Assembly: GCA_965205865.1 (NCBI GenBank)
Contig: CBDBHR010000030.1
Coordinates: 352,001-416,000 of the forward strand
Reading direction: 5' to 3'
Length of the DNA: 64,000 nucleotides
From: a bacterium
GTDB taxonomy: Bacteria > SAR324 > NAC60-12
In this document: in pieces, positions 33,728 through 42,910 of the stretch
How positions within the stretch are numbered: position 1 is the first letter of the stretch
Layout of the letters: each line of letters begins with the position of its first letter
Program-made: the position numbers and the translations under genes
Notes under the pieces: model-generated
Databases searched by the model: none
What the model was told of the DNA's origin: nothing
Seen by the model: only the letters and a program-made list of their open reading frames with translations

Positions 33728-35320
33728 ATGAAGAAACCAAAAGAAGCCACTCCAATGGATACACAGATGTCGATATCTCCTGAAGTGCGGATTACAGCAA
33801 CAGATTTTGGTCCCATCACGAGTGGCACCATAGATCTGCGGCCACTGACGGTATTCGTTGGTCCAAGCAATACCGGCAAGACCTATTTCGCCATTCTCCT
33901 CTACGCATTACAACGGATCCTGGATGGATTTCCACGCTTTCCTAACACACGTCAACTTTTTCCTTCTCTTCTTAGGTTTCTCTCTGAAAAATTGTTGATC
34001 CCAAATATGGACAATGACGCGTGGGAAAAAGAACGCCAGGATGTTCTCGAAAAGCTGAAAACCGAGGGGCGGCCGTTCAGCTTTACGGATTTACCCGGGG
34101 GCGCGCAAAATATTTTCCAGGCTTTACTTAAGGACCCGGAGTTATTGGGGGCGGAGTTGGAGACTGAACTCATTCGCTGTTTCGATCTCAATTCTGTTTC
34201 CAATCTGATTCGATTGTCTGACACACCCGATGGGATGAAGATTTCGTTGACTATCTGCGAGGAAGATCTAAACCTATGGCATTTCCACTTTGGAATGTCG
34301 AAATCGGGTATCACCACGGATGGAGGAATCGAGAACGTAGTACTCTTTCCTGAAGGATGGTTAGCTTCGGAGTTAAACGATTGGGACTTCTCTCGTAGAC
34401 GATTAATCGAAAAGGTTCAGGGAACTAATTCCTCACGGGAATATCGGAATCTGCTATTTGAAATACTTCTTATGTTCTCGGACATGGCTGGTGGTGATCG
34501 AACCGGGATACATTACTTGCCTGCCGCGCGGAGTGGCATTATGCAGAGCCATCGCGTGATTGCGAGTTCCCTGGTGACGCGCTCCACCCGCGGTGGTCGG
34601 GAACGCTTTCCGGAACTTCCGACGTTCTCAGGCGTGATGGCCGATTTCTTGCAGCGACTCATCCTTTACGAAGGGGACCGAAAGCCGGACGATCTAATGA
34701 AAAACCTTGCTGACGCCCTCGAGAGTGAAGCGCTTGCCGGACAGATACGGACCAAGAGGGCTCCGCTGGGAGGGTATCCCGAATTCGTCTACCGACCTCA
34801 GGAAACAAAAGAGGACATCCGACTGACTCGTGCTTCGTCCATGGTCTCCGAACTTGCTCCCGTCGTGTTGTTTTTGCGCGGAACCATCAGCCGAGGCGAT
34901 ATGCTCATCATCGAAGAGCCCGAAGCTCACCTCCATCCGGCGGCACAGACCCAGATGGCAGTGACCCTGGCCCGCATGGTTCGCGCCGGGGTCCGGGTGG
35001 TGGTCACGACGCACAGCGACTGGCTGCTCAAGGAGATCGGAAACCTGATCCGGAAAGGGGAGTTGGAAGAAAAGACCGGCAAGCTGATGGACCAGAGTCC
35101 CCTTGCGAGCTCGCTCAGGCCGAGTGAGGTGGGTATCTGGCTGTTCCGAAAGGATTCGACTTCGGCAGGTTCGACAGTGGAGGAAATTCCATTCGACCGC
35201 AGCGAAGGAGTGGAGCCTGAGGACTATGAAAAAGTTGCTGAAGAACTTTACAACCGTTCGGCGAACCTTCAGAACCGGCTCGAGGAAATAAAGGGAGATG
35301 CGAAACGCAAAGTTGAATGA
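33728..35320 (+). CDS. ABC-type ATPase (AAA_21-like), defence-associated
   Basis: GPSNTGKT, LPAARSG, ASSMVSELAP, IEEPEAHLHP, TTHS; AGGAG RBS and TGATACAAT extended -10 upstream. Confidence 0.9.
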   Translation: MKKPKEATPMDTQMSISPEVRITATDFGPITSGTIDLRPLTVFVGPSNTGKTYFAILLYALQRILDGFPRFPNTRQLFPSLLRFLSEKLLIPNMDNDAWEKERQDVLEKLKTEGRPFSFTDLPGGAQNIFQALLKDPELLGAELETELIRCFDLNSVSNLIRLSDTPDGMKISLTICEEDLNLWHFHFGMSKSGITTDGGIENVVLFPEGWLASELNDWDFSRRRLIEKVQGTNSSREYRNLLFEILLMFSDMAGGDRTGIHYLPAARSGIMQSHRVIASSLVTRSTRGGRERFPELPTFSGVMADFLQRLILYEGDRKPDDLMKNLADALESEALAGQIRTKRAPLGGYPEFVYRPQETKEDIRLTRASSMVSELAPVVLFLRGTISRGDMLIIEEPEAHLHPAAQTQMAVTLARMVRAGVRVVVTTHSDWLLKEIGNLIRKGELEEKTGKLMDQSPLASSLRPSEVGIWLFRKDSTSAGSTVEEIPFDRSEGVEPEDYEKVAEELYNRSANLQNRLEEIKGDAKRKVE

Positions 35321-35798
35321 GGTTCTCGACGGAATCCGATCACGAGTGGGTACAGAAAACCTCAGCGATTCGTGCGGCCGGGACGGATGCCGGGTGTCCA
35401 TGGAGGACGTGCCATCTCCCCGAATCATAGTGGACGCGGAACGAGCGTTTCCGGCTCACGAAATGTCAGGCAAACGCTGTGACTTTGTTCTTTTCTTCAT
35501 AAGTTCCGCCGGAGAAATTCTCCTCACACTTCCCATTGAACTCAAGAGCGGCGGTGTCGACGCATCGGAGGTGTCCGAGCAACTGCAACGAGGCGCGGAT
35601 TTCGCCGTTCGCGTTGCGCCGAAAATCTTCAAGTCTGTCTGCCACCCGATTCTGTTTCATGGTAGAAGCATTCACCCGAAACAGCGCAAGACGCTTAACC
35701 GTTCCAAGGTTCGCTTTCACGACCTCCATTTGACCATCAAGACGGCGCGTTGCAATCGTCCCAAAAATCTGGCGCGTACCTTGGAAGACAAAGTCTGA
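35298..35798 (+). CDS. Small partner protein with a PD-(D/E)XK-like motif
   Basis: KRCDFVLF...IELKSG...EQL; overlaps the 3' end of the ATPase. Confidence 0.7.
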   Translation: MRNAKLNEVLDGIRSRVGTENLSDSCGRDGCRVSMEDVPSPRIIVDAERAFPAHEMSGKRCDFVLFFISSAGEILLTLPIELKSGGVDASEVSEQLQRGADFAVRVAPKIFKSVCHPILFHGRSIHPKQRKTLNRSKVRFHDLHLTIKTARCNRPKNLARTLEDKV

Positions 35799-35908
35799 AG
35801 TTGTTCCCTGTTCAGGCTGATTTCAGAATACCGCGTTTTCTTGAATCTTCAATAATATCAGTATCCTGAATTCGACACGATGATCGACGTTTTCAGAGTG
35901 TCTTGGTC

Positions 35909-36277
35909 TCAGCCGTTTCTACTTTCCCGCAGCAGGAAGATTCCCATTGAACCTGCAAGCAGCGGGAGGGTGGCATCGATGAGTAACCAGACGAGGTTGC
36001 GCGTGTCCGTTCCGACTGCGCTGTATGCGGGAGTGAGCGTGTTGAACCAGTTCCAGAAGAAGAGGATACCCACGAACAGGAAGCCATAGAACTGGATGTT
36101 GGCGGTTATAAACTCGCGTGAGATCATCCTGCTGCCATCTTCACCAGCAAGGTCTCTCTTGCGGATGTAGGCGAAGATCACTCCCAACACGATGGTGAGC
36201 AGCATCAACGGGTTCAGGGTATCCCAAATCCAACGACTGTAAGCCCCCGCTTCGCTAGAGACGTGATAAAGCGGCTC
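35909..36277 (-). pseudogene. Membrane protein lacking its N-terminus
   Basis: Open frame EPLYHVSS...WIWDTLNPLMLLTIVLG...FYGFLFVGILFFWNWF; cut by the GGGGTCAGGC element at 36282. Confidence 0.5.
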
Positions 36278-36281
36278 AAAT

Positions 36282-36795
36282 GGGGTCAGGCTTGCGTATT
36301 GGTATTTAATTTGTGAAATGCCACTCAGACAAAGGATTGAGACTTGGTTCCTTTCTGAAACCTTCTTTGCTGAACAGACAACGCATTGCCTTTCAAACCC
36401 AGATGAGAGTCAATCCTCAGATGCGTGAAAACTCCTGCACTATAGACAATTTCTCAATACCAATATGCGGTCACCGTAAAGAACTGACTTATAGTGGTTT
36501 CCAGCCACCTTTCGTCATTCCTCCGGTACAGATCCGGACGTGCACTGCTAACGCATCCGGCTCCTGCTTCGAGTCAGACGCTCAAACGTTGCCGTTTGGC
36601 GCACAAGGTCAGCGCCTGAAACTATGATTTCGGAGCTCAATACCGAGCCTATGTTCTCCCCTGTCAACGCTTAGCGCCTATCCTTGCGAATAACCACTCA
36701 TGACTCGGGGACTCGGCGGGTCGTTACTGCCTTACCGAGTAAGAGACTTTCACTCTCTATTTCTTGCCAGCTTTCCTGGCGCAGGGCCTGACCCC
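36282..36795. mobile_element. Non-autonomous element with GGGGTCAGGC...GCCTGACCCC ends, right end interrupted
   Basis: Left end GGGGTCAGGCTTGCGTATTGGTATT. Its complement is split into AATACCAATATGC (36456-36468) and GCCTGACCCC (36786-36795). Confidence 0.6.
36520..36783 (-). mobile_element. Internally deleted, ORF-less group II intron remnant
   Basis: 5' end TGCGCCAGGAAAGCTGGC...GAGAGTGAAAGTCTC...GCGTTGACAGGGG...TATTGAGCTCCGAAA, then an RT-ORF-like tail (KRQRLSV*), then domain V GAGCCGGATGCG...TGCACGTCCGGATC (AGC triad, AC bulge). Confidence 0.75.
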
Positions 36796-36939
36796 TTCTG
36801 GCCAACCTGCCGCGTTAATCTGTATTTTAGGCATTATTATGTGTCTGATTTTATATTTTATGGGCGTATAATGTGATTATATACACATTTAATAGATATA
36901 CTATTGACACGTCTCCTCCTTCATGGGAGAATATCTACT

Positions 36940-37270
36940 ATGAAAAGAGATATTTATCAGAAATTACTCAAGTGGAAATCTTCGCGTAGAAGGAAGCCCC
37001 TTCTTTTGCAGGGTGCTCGGCAGACAGGGAAGACCTATATTCTAAAGGCATTCGGAGAGAGCGAATATGAGCATCTCATATACTGCAACTTCGAAGAGGA
37101 TACTGGTCTTGACGAGTTTTTCAGGCGTGATCTCAATCCGGAAAGAATCCTCAGAGATCTCTCGATATACTACGACCATAAAATAAAGCCGGAAACCGAT
37201 CTCTTGGTGTTTGATGAGTTACAGACCTCAAATCGCGCGCTGAACGCGCTGAAATATTTTGAAGATGAGC
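36940..37270 (+). pseudogene. ATP-binding protein (AAA_14/DUF4143 type), N-terminal fragment
   Basis: MKRDIY...KPLLLQGARQTGKT...VFDELQ...LKYFED, then similarity stops. Confidence 0.8.
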
Positions 37271-37289
37271 CCTTGGCGGGGGCAATTGA

Positions 37290-37475
37290 TGTACAGTCCA
37301 GCGTGATATCGGGCATTGTGCCGGAAGCCGCGTCGACCCCCAGCTTGGTTAGAAAATCGGTGACAGGGATGATAGTGAGCTTCATTGAAAAACCGTGGCC
37401 CTCTTTATTAAATTCTTCGACCATCGCTTCGCTCCAATCTGAATTGTTGTAGCTAATCCACATCTCCAACACCTT
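37290..37475 (-). pseudogene. Sugar ABC substrate-binding protein fragment
   Basis: LEMW...AMVEEFNKE...DFLTKLGVDAASGTMPDI, typical of the family-1 SBP N-terminus. Confidence 0.5.
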
Positions 37476-37600
37476 CTTTTGAGCCAGCCAGTTCGAAATG
37501 ACTTTAAATCAGCAAGCGAGTATTTTTACAATTTTTTGTGCGCTTACCAATTGAAAGGGGAGTGGAGTCTGGCTAGGAGGCCTCTTTTTCGTTTCCCCGT

Positions 37601-37733
37601 CGCCAAGTCCACTTTCCCCCCAAGGAATCCGGAAATGCTGACGATCAAGACTGCGATGAGCACATTGAGCGCCGTCGCCTCGCGCTAGCGACTATTCATA
37701 CCTTACCCTCGGGTCCAAATAGGGGTAAATCAG
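37601..37733 (-). pseudogene. Fragments of peptide ABC permeases (OppB C-terminus plus OppC internal piece)
   Basis: LIYPYLDPRVRYE* (compare LIYPYLDPRVRYG* at 41910), followed by ATALNVLIAVLIVSISGFLGGKVDLA. Confidence 0.6.
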
Positions 37734-37926
37734 AGAAACAAAAAGCCAACGCCCCACTACAAGGTTATTTACAAAGTGAGGCCCTGCAACGGTTGGAAAA
37801 TCTGAAAGCCTATGTGATTGTCTTTGTGGGAAGCGAGGCAAAAGCAGTGGAAGCCATGGAATTGTGAGAACAACCCCTTTAGTCCGCTTACACGTTGATC
37901 TGTGAAAGCCTATTTTCAAAACCACC

Positions 37927-37975
37927 ATGCGCAATCCCCCTCATCCTGGTGAAATAATTAAGGAATTATGCCATA
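37927..37975 (+). pseudogene. HigA-type antitoxin, N-terminal stub
   Basis: MRNPPHPGEIIKEL. Confidence 0.55.
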
Positions 37976-37987
37976 TTTTTGTAGCAA

Positions 37988-38596
37988 TCATTCAGATGGG
38001 CCACTCATTTTATATGAGCCTTTTGGCGGAAGAAGCCCAACCTCTCTTGCAAAAACATCTAGCCGGTTAGCAGTTCCTGTTCCCAAATGTAGTTTTACCA
38101 ATGGACGGAGGTCATCATATTTAAGCTCTTCAACCATCAAAAGTGACTTAGCATCTTGATCATCTTTGGTTTCCCCCGAAACTAATTTCATAGTGATTAG
38201 GTAGGGCAGGCTCACAACGGGTAGGATTTCACCAAAAATTTCTACGTCTCGCCTTGCATATTCAATAGCTTCTCTAAAAAGAATATCCAATCCATCTAAT
38301 CTACGATCAATAAAGTCTACAATCAAATCAGATTCTCTTACAGCCACTCCTCCAATAGGTAATGGGTATGTTTTTAATCCTTTATGTTTAAGGGCTTCTT
38401 CAATTTTAGCTGTGTCACTCGTTAAGATGGCTAAATCAACATCTTTAGTAAATTGTTGGCGATCTGTTGGAAGGAAAACCCAGCTTGCTACTCTACCAAT
38501 CAATGCATAATTTTGAATTCCGGTTTCCCGAAGAAAATTAAGAGCGGCTTTAAGAGATGGGTTAGGATCAAAAGTAGGGATCTGATGAATTACCAT
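37988..38596 (-). CDS. Nucleotidyltransferase family protein
   Basis: YALIG...TKDVDL, LITMKL, KDDQD; AT-rich gene. Confidence 0.75.
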   Translation of the reverse strand: MVIHQIPTFDPNPSLKAALNFLRETGIQNYALIGRVASWVFLPTDRQQFTKDVDLAILTSDTAKIEEALKHKGLKTYPLPIGGVAVRESDLIVDFIDRRLDGLDILFREAIEYARRDVEIFGEILPVVSLPYLITMKLVSGETKDDQDAKSLLMVEELKYDDLRPLVKLHLGTGTANRLDVFAREVGLLPPKGSYKMSGPSE

Positions 38597-38640
38597 AATG
38601 TTAGTTCATTTGAATAAAGTGTTTTCCTGAATTGTTGTGT

Positions 38641-38723
38641 CGTCCCTGCGGGACTTTGAAGGAGACTGTATTTTGTTCCCAGTGATGAATCGCTGGGCTA
38701 CTTCCTTTTGTCCTTCCAGGACT
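38641..38723. repeat. REP-like triple-palindrome element
   Basis: GTCCCTGCGGGAC, CCCAGTGATGAATCGCTGGG, GTCCTTCCAGGAC. Confidence 0.55.
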
Positions 38724-38806
38724 TTTTCTTACATACGAATCTCAAACTTATATTTACCAGAAGCATAACAGAGTAAGTAGTTGACCCTTTATTTTTTAAC
38801 ATGTCA

Positions 38807-40502
38807 CCTAAATCCTGCAATTGAATATTTTGATTGAGTTTCCCCCCACTCTTTGAGAGGTTTTTTTAAAAAAAAGGATTTGAGAGTTGAATTTCCATCA
38901 GTCCTTGCTCATAAAGGTTTTTCCGCCCTCCATTAGATCGTCATATTTTGTGATGATCTGATACCCGCTTTCGCGGGCACAAGATTCAAGACGTACTTCT
39001 CCCTGGATTTGGGAATCTACATCTCAGCAAAATGTATCCACTGGAGTGAAACAAAGGATCCAGGTCTCTCCAACAGCGACCCATGCATCCCATTGAGCAT
39101 TGTAAAGTGTTCTTTCCGGAACTCTCAGTTTTTGTTGACGAGCGCCACTCGTCCATTTTCCTGCCATTCGGACAAGATAGGTGCGCATGGTGGCCGGTTC
39201 CCAACGGCGCAGTATTGCGTTACCACTACAAAGGGCCATCCAGCGCAGCGTGTTGTAAGCGAGTATCGCGCATTGGAACAAGGCACTGTTGGCCCAAAAA
39301 TCGTCGGTTTTAATCTGAGCCAGCGCAGTTTGATTTTTTGCTTCCTCAATCCATGTCTCAGCGACCGCCCTTTGGCCATACTCTTTGTGAGCCTGCCAGG
39401 GAGTGAGCGCGTCAGTGAGAACATAACAAAAATAATCGTACTCCTTCATCTCAAAGAGGGTGGCCATCCCTTTGAGTTCCTCCTCTTTCTCCCTGCGTAC
39501 GGCCATGAATTTTCTTGACCTCCTCCAAGTTTCACATTGGTGGGAAAACTCACACCCTTCCCAAGCGGGCTGCCCCTTCACTTTTTGCCATTTTTGGGTT
39601 TCCAACAACGAGACAAGCCCCTTGAGTTTGACCTTGATCAGATAGCCATGGCCTCGTTCTTCGAGGAAATCCAGCAAATCCCCCACAAAAAAACCACTGT
39701 CTCCACGAAACAGAGTGCGAGTCCGATTTGGAAGGTGAGCGAGAAGTTGCCGCATGAATTCAACGACTCCATTGCTGGTATAGGCACTCCCATCACGAAG
39801 CCAACCCTGAAGAATCTCCTTTGTCTCTGCGCAAAATGCCAGCAGAGGATGATACGAAGCTGCACCGCGTTTGTGGGGATTATATCCGACAGACACTCCT
39901 TGCTGCTTGCCGTAGGCCGTTTTCACAGTGGAGTCCACGTCAATCACAAGACAGTGTAACACCCCAACGATGCTTGTCCCACTTCGAAGCGCCTTACGCC
40001 AGATACCGGCTCGAATCCGATGGTTCAAGCTCTCCATCTCATTGATGTTTTTCTGTGTGAAAGTACGCAGTATCCGGCCGAATGTGGTTTCATCCGGAAT
40101 CCTCAGCCAACCGGCCACACGACTCAAAACACGGTCGTTCCAAACTGTCACAATCGAACGAATCGAACGGGCGCCACCAACAATGCCGACCACCGACAAA
40201 ATGACCATGTCCACCGCGTCATAAAGACCCGTGGCGCCACGCCGATGATCTACGGTCTGCTCTGTCTTTGAAACAATCCCTTCTTTGTGAAAAAATTTGA
40301 CAACCGGAATCAAGCCTGCTTGCGCGGTCAGGTCTCTGCCTCCCTGGCTGATATGGATGTTTTTTGCTGTCGTTCTTGCCGATCTTGCGCTACCTTTGTT
40401 TTTCATGGTAATGGTGATCTCTTAAAATGTTGATTCTGGTGTTAACTATTTGAGTATATTACCATTTCCATGTTTGATTGTCATCTAATTGCAGGATTTA
40501 GG
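38807..40502 (-). mobile_element. IS1380-family insertion sequence, copy 1 (1696 bp)
   Basis: TIR CCTAAATCCTGCAATT at both ends; 5-bp TSD TGTCA. Confidence 0.93.
39024..40406 (-). CDS. IS1380-family DDE transposase
   Basis: IDVDST, GYNP, YHPLLAF, FRGDSGF, YGQRAVAETWIEEAK, FWAN. Confidence 0.93.
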   Translation of the reverse strand: MKNKGSARSARTTAKNIHISQGGRDLTAQAGLIPVVKFFHKEGIVSKTEQTVDHRRGATGLYDAVDMVILSVVGIVGGARSIRSIVTVWNDRVLSRVAGWLRIPDETTFGRILRTFTQKNINEMESLNHRIRAGIWRKALRSGTSIVGVLHCLVIDVDSTVKTAYGKQQGVSVGYNPHKRGAASYHPLLAFCAETKEILQGWLRDGSAYTSNGVVEFMRQLLAHLPNRTRTLFRGDSGFFVGDLLDFLEERGHGYLIKVKLKGLVSLLETQKWQKVKGQPAWEGCEFSHQCETWRRSRKFMAVRREKEEELKGMATLFEMKEYDYFCYVLTDALTPWQAHKEYGQRAVAETWIEEAKNQTALAQIKTDDFWANSALFQCAILAYNTLRWMALCSGNAILRRWEPATMRTYLVRMAGKWTSGARQQKLRVPERTLYNAQWDAWVAVGETWILCFTPVDTFC

Positions 40503-40625
40503 TGTCATTCTGAGCTTACCAAGAATCTCCAGGTCCACAGAGATCCTTCGCAGGCTCAGGATGACCGTTCTGATAGGTTCTCTCGAAAGACTTAAAATGT
40601 TAAAAAACTTTTGACCTGGTACTTA

Positions 40626-40841
40626 AACCGAGTTCGAGATAAGAATCTAATAAATTCAATATGTTATGGAATCTTCATATCTTAGAGAAACCTTGTCATT
40701 CCTGCGAAAGCAGGAATCCGGAGGTATGCAGCCAGACTGAAATCCGGATCCCCGCTCCCCGCTTTCGCGGGGACAAGTTTCGCGAGGATGACATATAAAC
40801 TAGGATACTCATATTATTGAAGATTTATGTCGAACTCAGGT
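40626..40841. mobile_element. REP-carrying MITE, copy 1
   Basis: Ends AACCGAGTTCGA...TCGAACTCAGGT; TSD TACTTA; near-identical inverted copy at 53622-53831. Confidence 0.8.
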
Positions 40842-41090
40842 TACTTAATAACTCGGAAACGACGGGTAATGCTTTTTAGAGGTTGAAAACAGAGGCCGGA
40901 AAGAGTATTTTCTAGTTGCTCAAAACTTGACCACCTCTTTCACTTAAAAGCCTCATGATTTTATATTTAACAAGGGTTCCCAGATTTGTAAACCTAATTT
41001 TAAAAACAATGCCCGGTATTTTTCGTCATCGGCATGCCCTGATGTTTACTTGGCTGCTAGTCCTTCAGATCGTTTGTTCTGAAATGAGTG

Positions 41091-41905
41091 GGGGTCAGGC
41101 TTCGTTAAATCGTTATTGAAATTTTTCATATTTTTGATAGACTTTTCTTTTTAGTTTTTTAACTCTATCTGAAAGGAGTCCTATGTCTCGTAAACCCCGA
41201 ATTCATCTTGCCGGCGGTATGTATCATGTGATGCTTCGTGGAAATGGAGGACAGGCTATCTTTTTTCGGAAAGAGATCGCCAAGTGATCTATATTTTTTG
41301 CAACTCATCCGCTACATTCATCAAAATCCTTGGCGTGCGGGTTTGGTTGAAGATTTGAAAGACTATCCCGATAGCAGTCATTTGTGTTATTTGGAGCATG
41401 AACAAAAGGATTGGCTGTATCTTGATGCGGTTTACCAACGATTTGGAAAACGTCGGTCAGTGGTGATCAGAAAATACACTGCCTTCATCGATGAAAAGGA
41501 AGAGGAGGCGTCTGTTTTCAGGAATGGAGAAGCTCAACCCGACATTATTGGTGATGAGAGTTTTGCCGAAACGGTGAGACCGCGTGTCGAAGAAAACATT
41601 CAAATAGTGCTGAGATGGGAAGATATTCTGAAAAGTGTTGGCGCGATCTTGCAGGTGAATCCTGAGGTGCTCAAAACCCCCGGCAGGCAAAGGAAAAATG
41701 CGCGAGCGCGAGCATTTATCGCGCTCTTTGTTGAAGAATTTTCAGTGACTTCCTTCCAGGAGATCGCCCGTTTTTTTAAGAGAGATATTGTCACCATCAG
41801 CCAAGGGGTGAGTCGACTGAGAAACAATCTCCCTGTCGATGCCAACCTCCGCAGGCAATATGACGCGATTCGCAATCAATTAACGAAATAACGAAGCCTG
41901 ACCCC
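41091..41905 (+). mobile_element. TIR-flanked Y1/RAYT-like transposase element (defective)
   Basis: 25-bp inverted repeats GGGGTCAGGCTTCGTTAnnTCGTTA (2 mismatches). Confidence 0.8.
41183..41891 (+). pseudogene. Y1 (HUH) transposase with C-terminal HTH; HUH motif region deleted
   Basis: MSRKPRIHLAGGMYHVMLRGNGGQAIFF jumps out of frame to YFLQLIRYIHQNPWRAGLV; no NHxH motif. Confidence 0.8.
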
Positions 41906-41909
41906 GAAA

Positions 41910-42872
41910 TTATCCATAACGGACCCTGGGGTCTAAGTACGGATAGATCAGGTCGATCATTAGATTGCCCCCTACAACCATGGTGGCGAAAACCAGGTTT
42001 ACTCCGGAGACCACCGGGTAGTCTCTGTTTTGGAGTGCATCAAGCAAGAGCCGACCTAGCCCCGGCAGGTTAAAGATGTTCTCCATGATAACGGCGCCGC
42101 CTACCAGCAAAGGCAACTGCAGGCCAATCAGGGTCACCACCGGGATGAGGGCATTTTTGATGGTGTGCCGGATAATCACGACCCGCTCCCGGAGCCCCTT
42201 GGACCAGGCGGTCCGGATATAGTCCTGCCGGAGCACCTCCAGCATCATGGTGCGCATCATCCGCATGGTGGCGGCTGCCGAGGACGTCCCCAGAATCAGG
42301 CTGGGAATGAAGAACCCCCAGAGATTCCCCAGCGGGTCTTCTGTGAAAGAAACCAGCTCCATCGGTGGCGCCCAGCCCCACCAGATTGCCGGGTATATCA
42401 TGACCATAATTCCCAGCCAGAAGTTAGGCGTTGCCAGGCCGATGATGGCGATGAAGCGCCCCAGGTAGTCGGCGGCCGTATCCTGGCGAATCGCCGAGTA
42501 GATGCCGACCGGCAGGGCTATCATGAGCCCGATTACGATTGCCATGACACCGAGCTCCAGGGTAACCGGCAGTCTATCTAATATCCTCTCCTCTACCGCC
42601 CAACTGGCCATCAGTGATTCGCCAAGGGTGCCGTGCCGGAGAATACCTCCTAGCCAGCGTCCATACTGCACGTAGACAGGCACGTCTAATCCCAGCTTAT
42701 GCTCAAGAGCCTCACGGTCAATCTCCGCCCAGCCAGAGTACGTTTCCATGTTCATCATCATTACGTCTATTGTATCGCCGGGGATGAAGCGGACCGAGAG
42801 GAAGACCAGGATGCTCAATATAAACAAGGTGGGGATTATCAGCAATAACCGCCTGATGATGTAGGCTCTCAT
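41910..42872 (-). CDS. Peptide/nickel ABC transporter permease (OppB/DppB type)
   Basis: MRAYIIRRLL, LPVTLEL, QDYIRTAWSKGL, RDYPVVSG, LDPRVRY. Confidence 0.93.
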   Translation of the reverse strand: MRAYIIRRLLLIIPTLFILSILVFLSVRFIPGDTIDVMMMNMETYSGWAEIDREALEHKLGLDVPVYVQYGRWLGGILRHGTLGESLMASWAVEERILDRLPVTLELGVMAIVIGLMIALPVGIYSAIRQDTAADYLGRFIAIIGLATPNFWLGIMVMIYPAIWWGWAPPMELVSFTEDPLGNLWGFFIPSLILGTSSAAATMRMMRTMMLEVLRQDYIRTAWSKGLRERVVIIRHTIKNALIPVVTLIGLQLPLLVGGAVIMENIFNLPGLGRLLLDALQNRDYPVVSGVNLVFATMVVGGNLMIDLIYPYLDPRVRYG

Positions 42873-42910
42873 GTGATACGCCTCATTGCAATTTCCCCCG
42901 TTATTTCTTT

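Larger units (their letters stand above)
38774..40625. mobile_element. Small MITE (about 150 bp without inserts) hosting the IS1380 insertion
   Basis: Inverted ends TAAGTA-N12-TTTTTTAACAT at 38774 and 40625; internal GTCATTCTGAG...CTCAGGATGAC REP. Confidence 0.55.
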
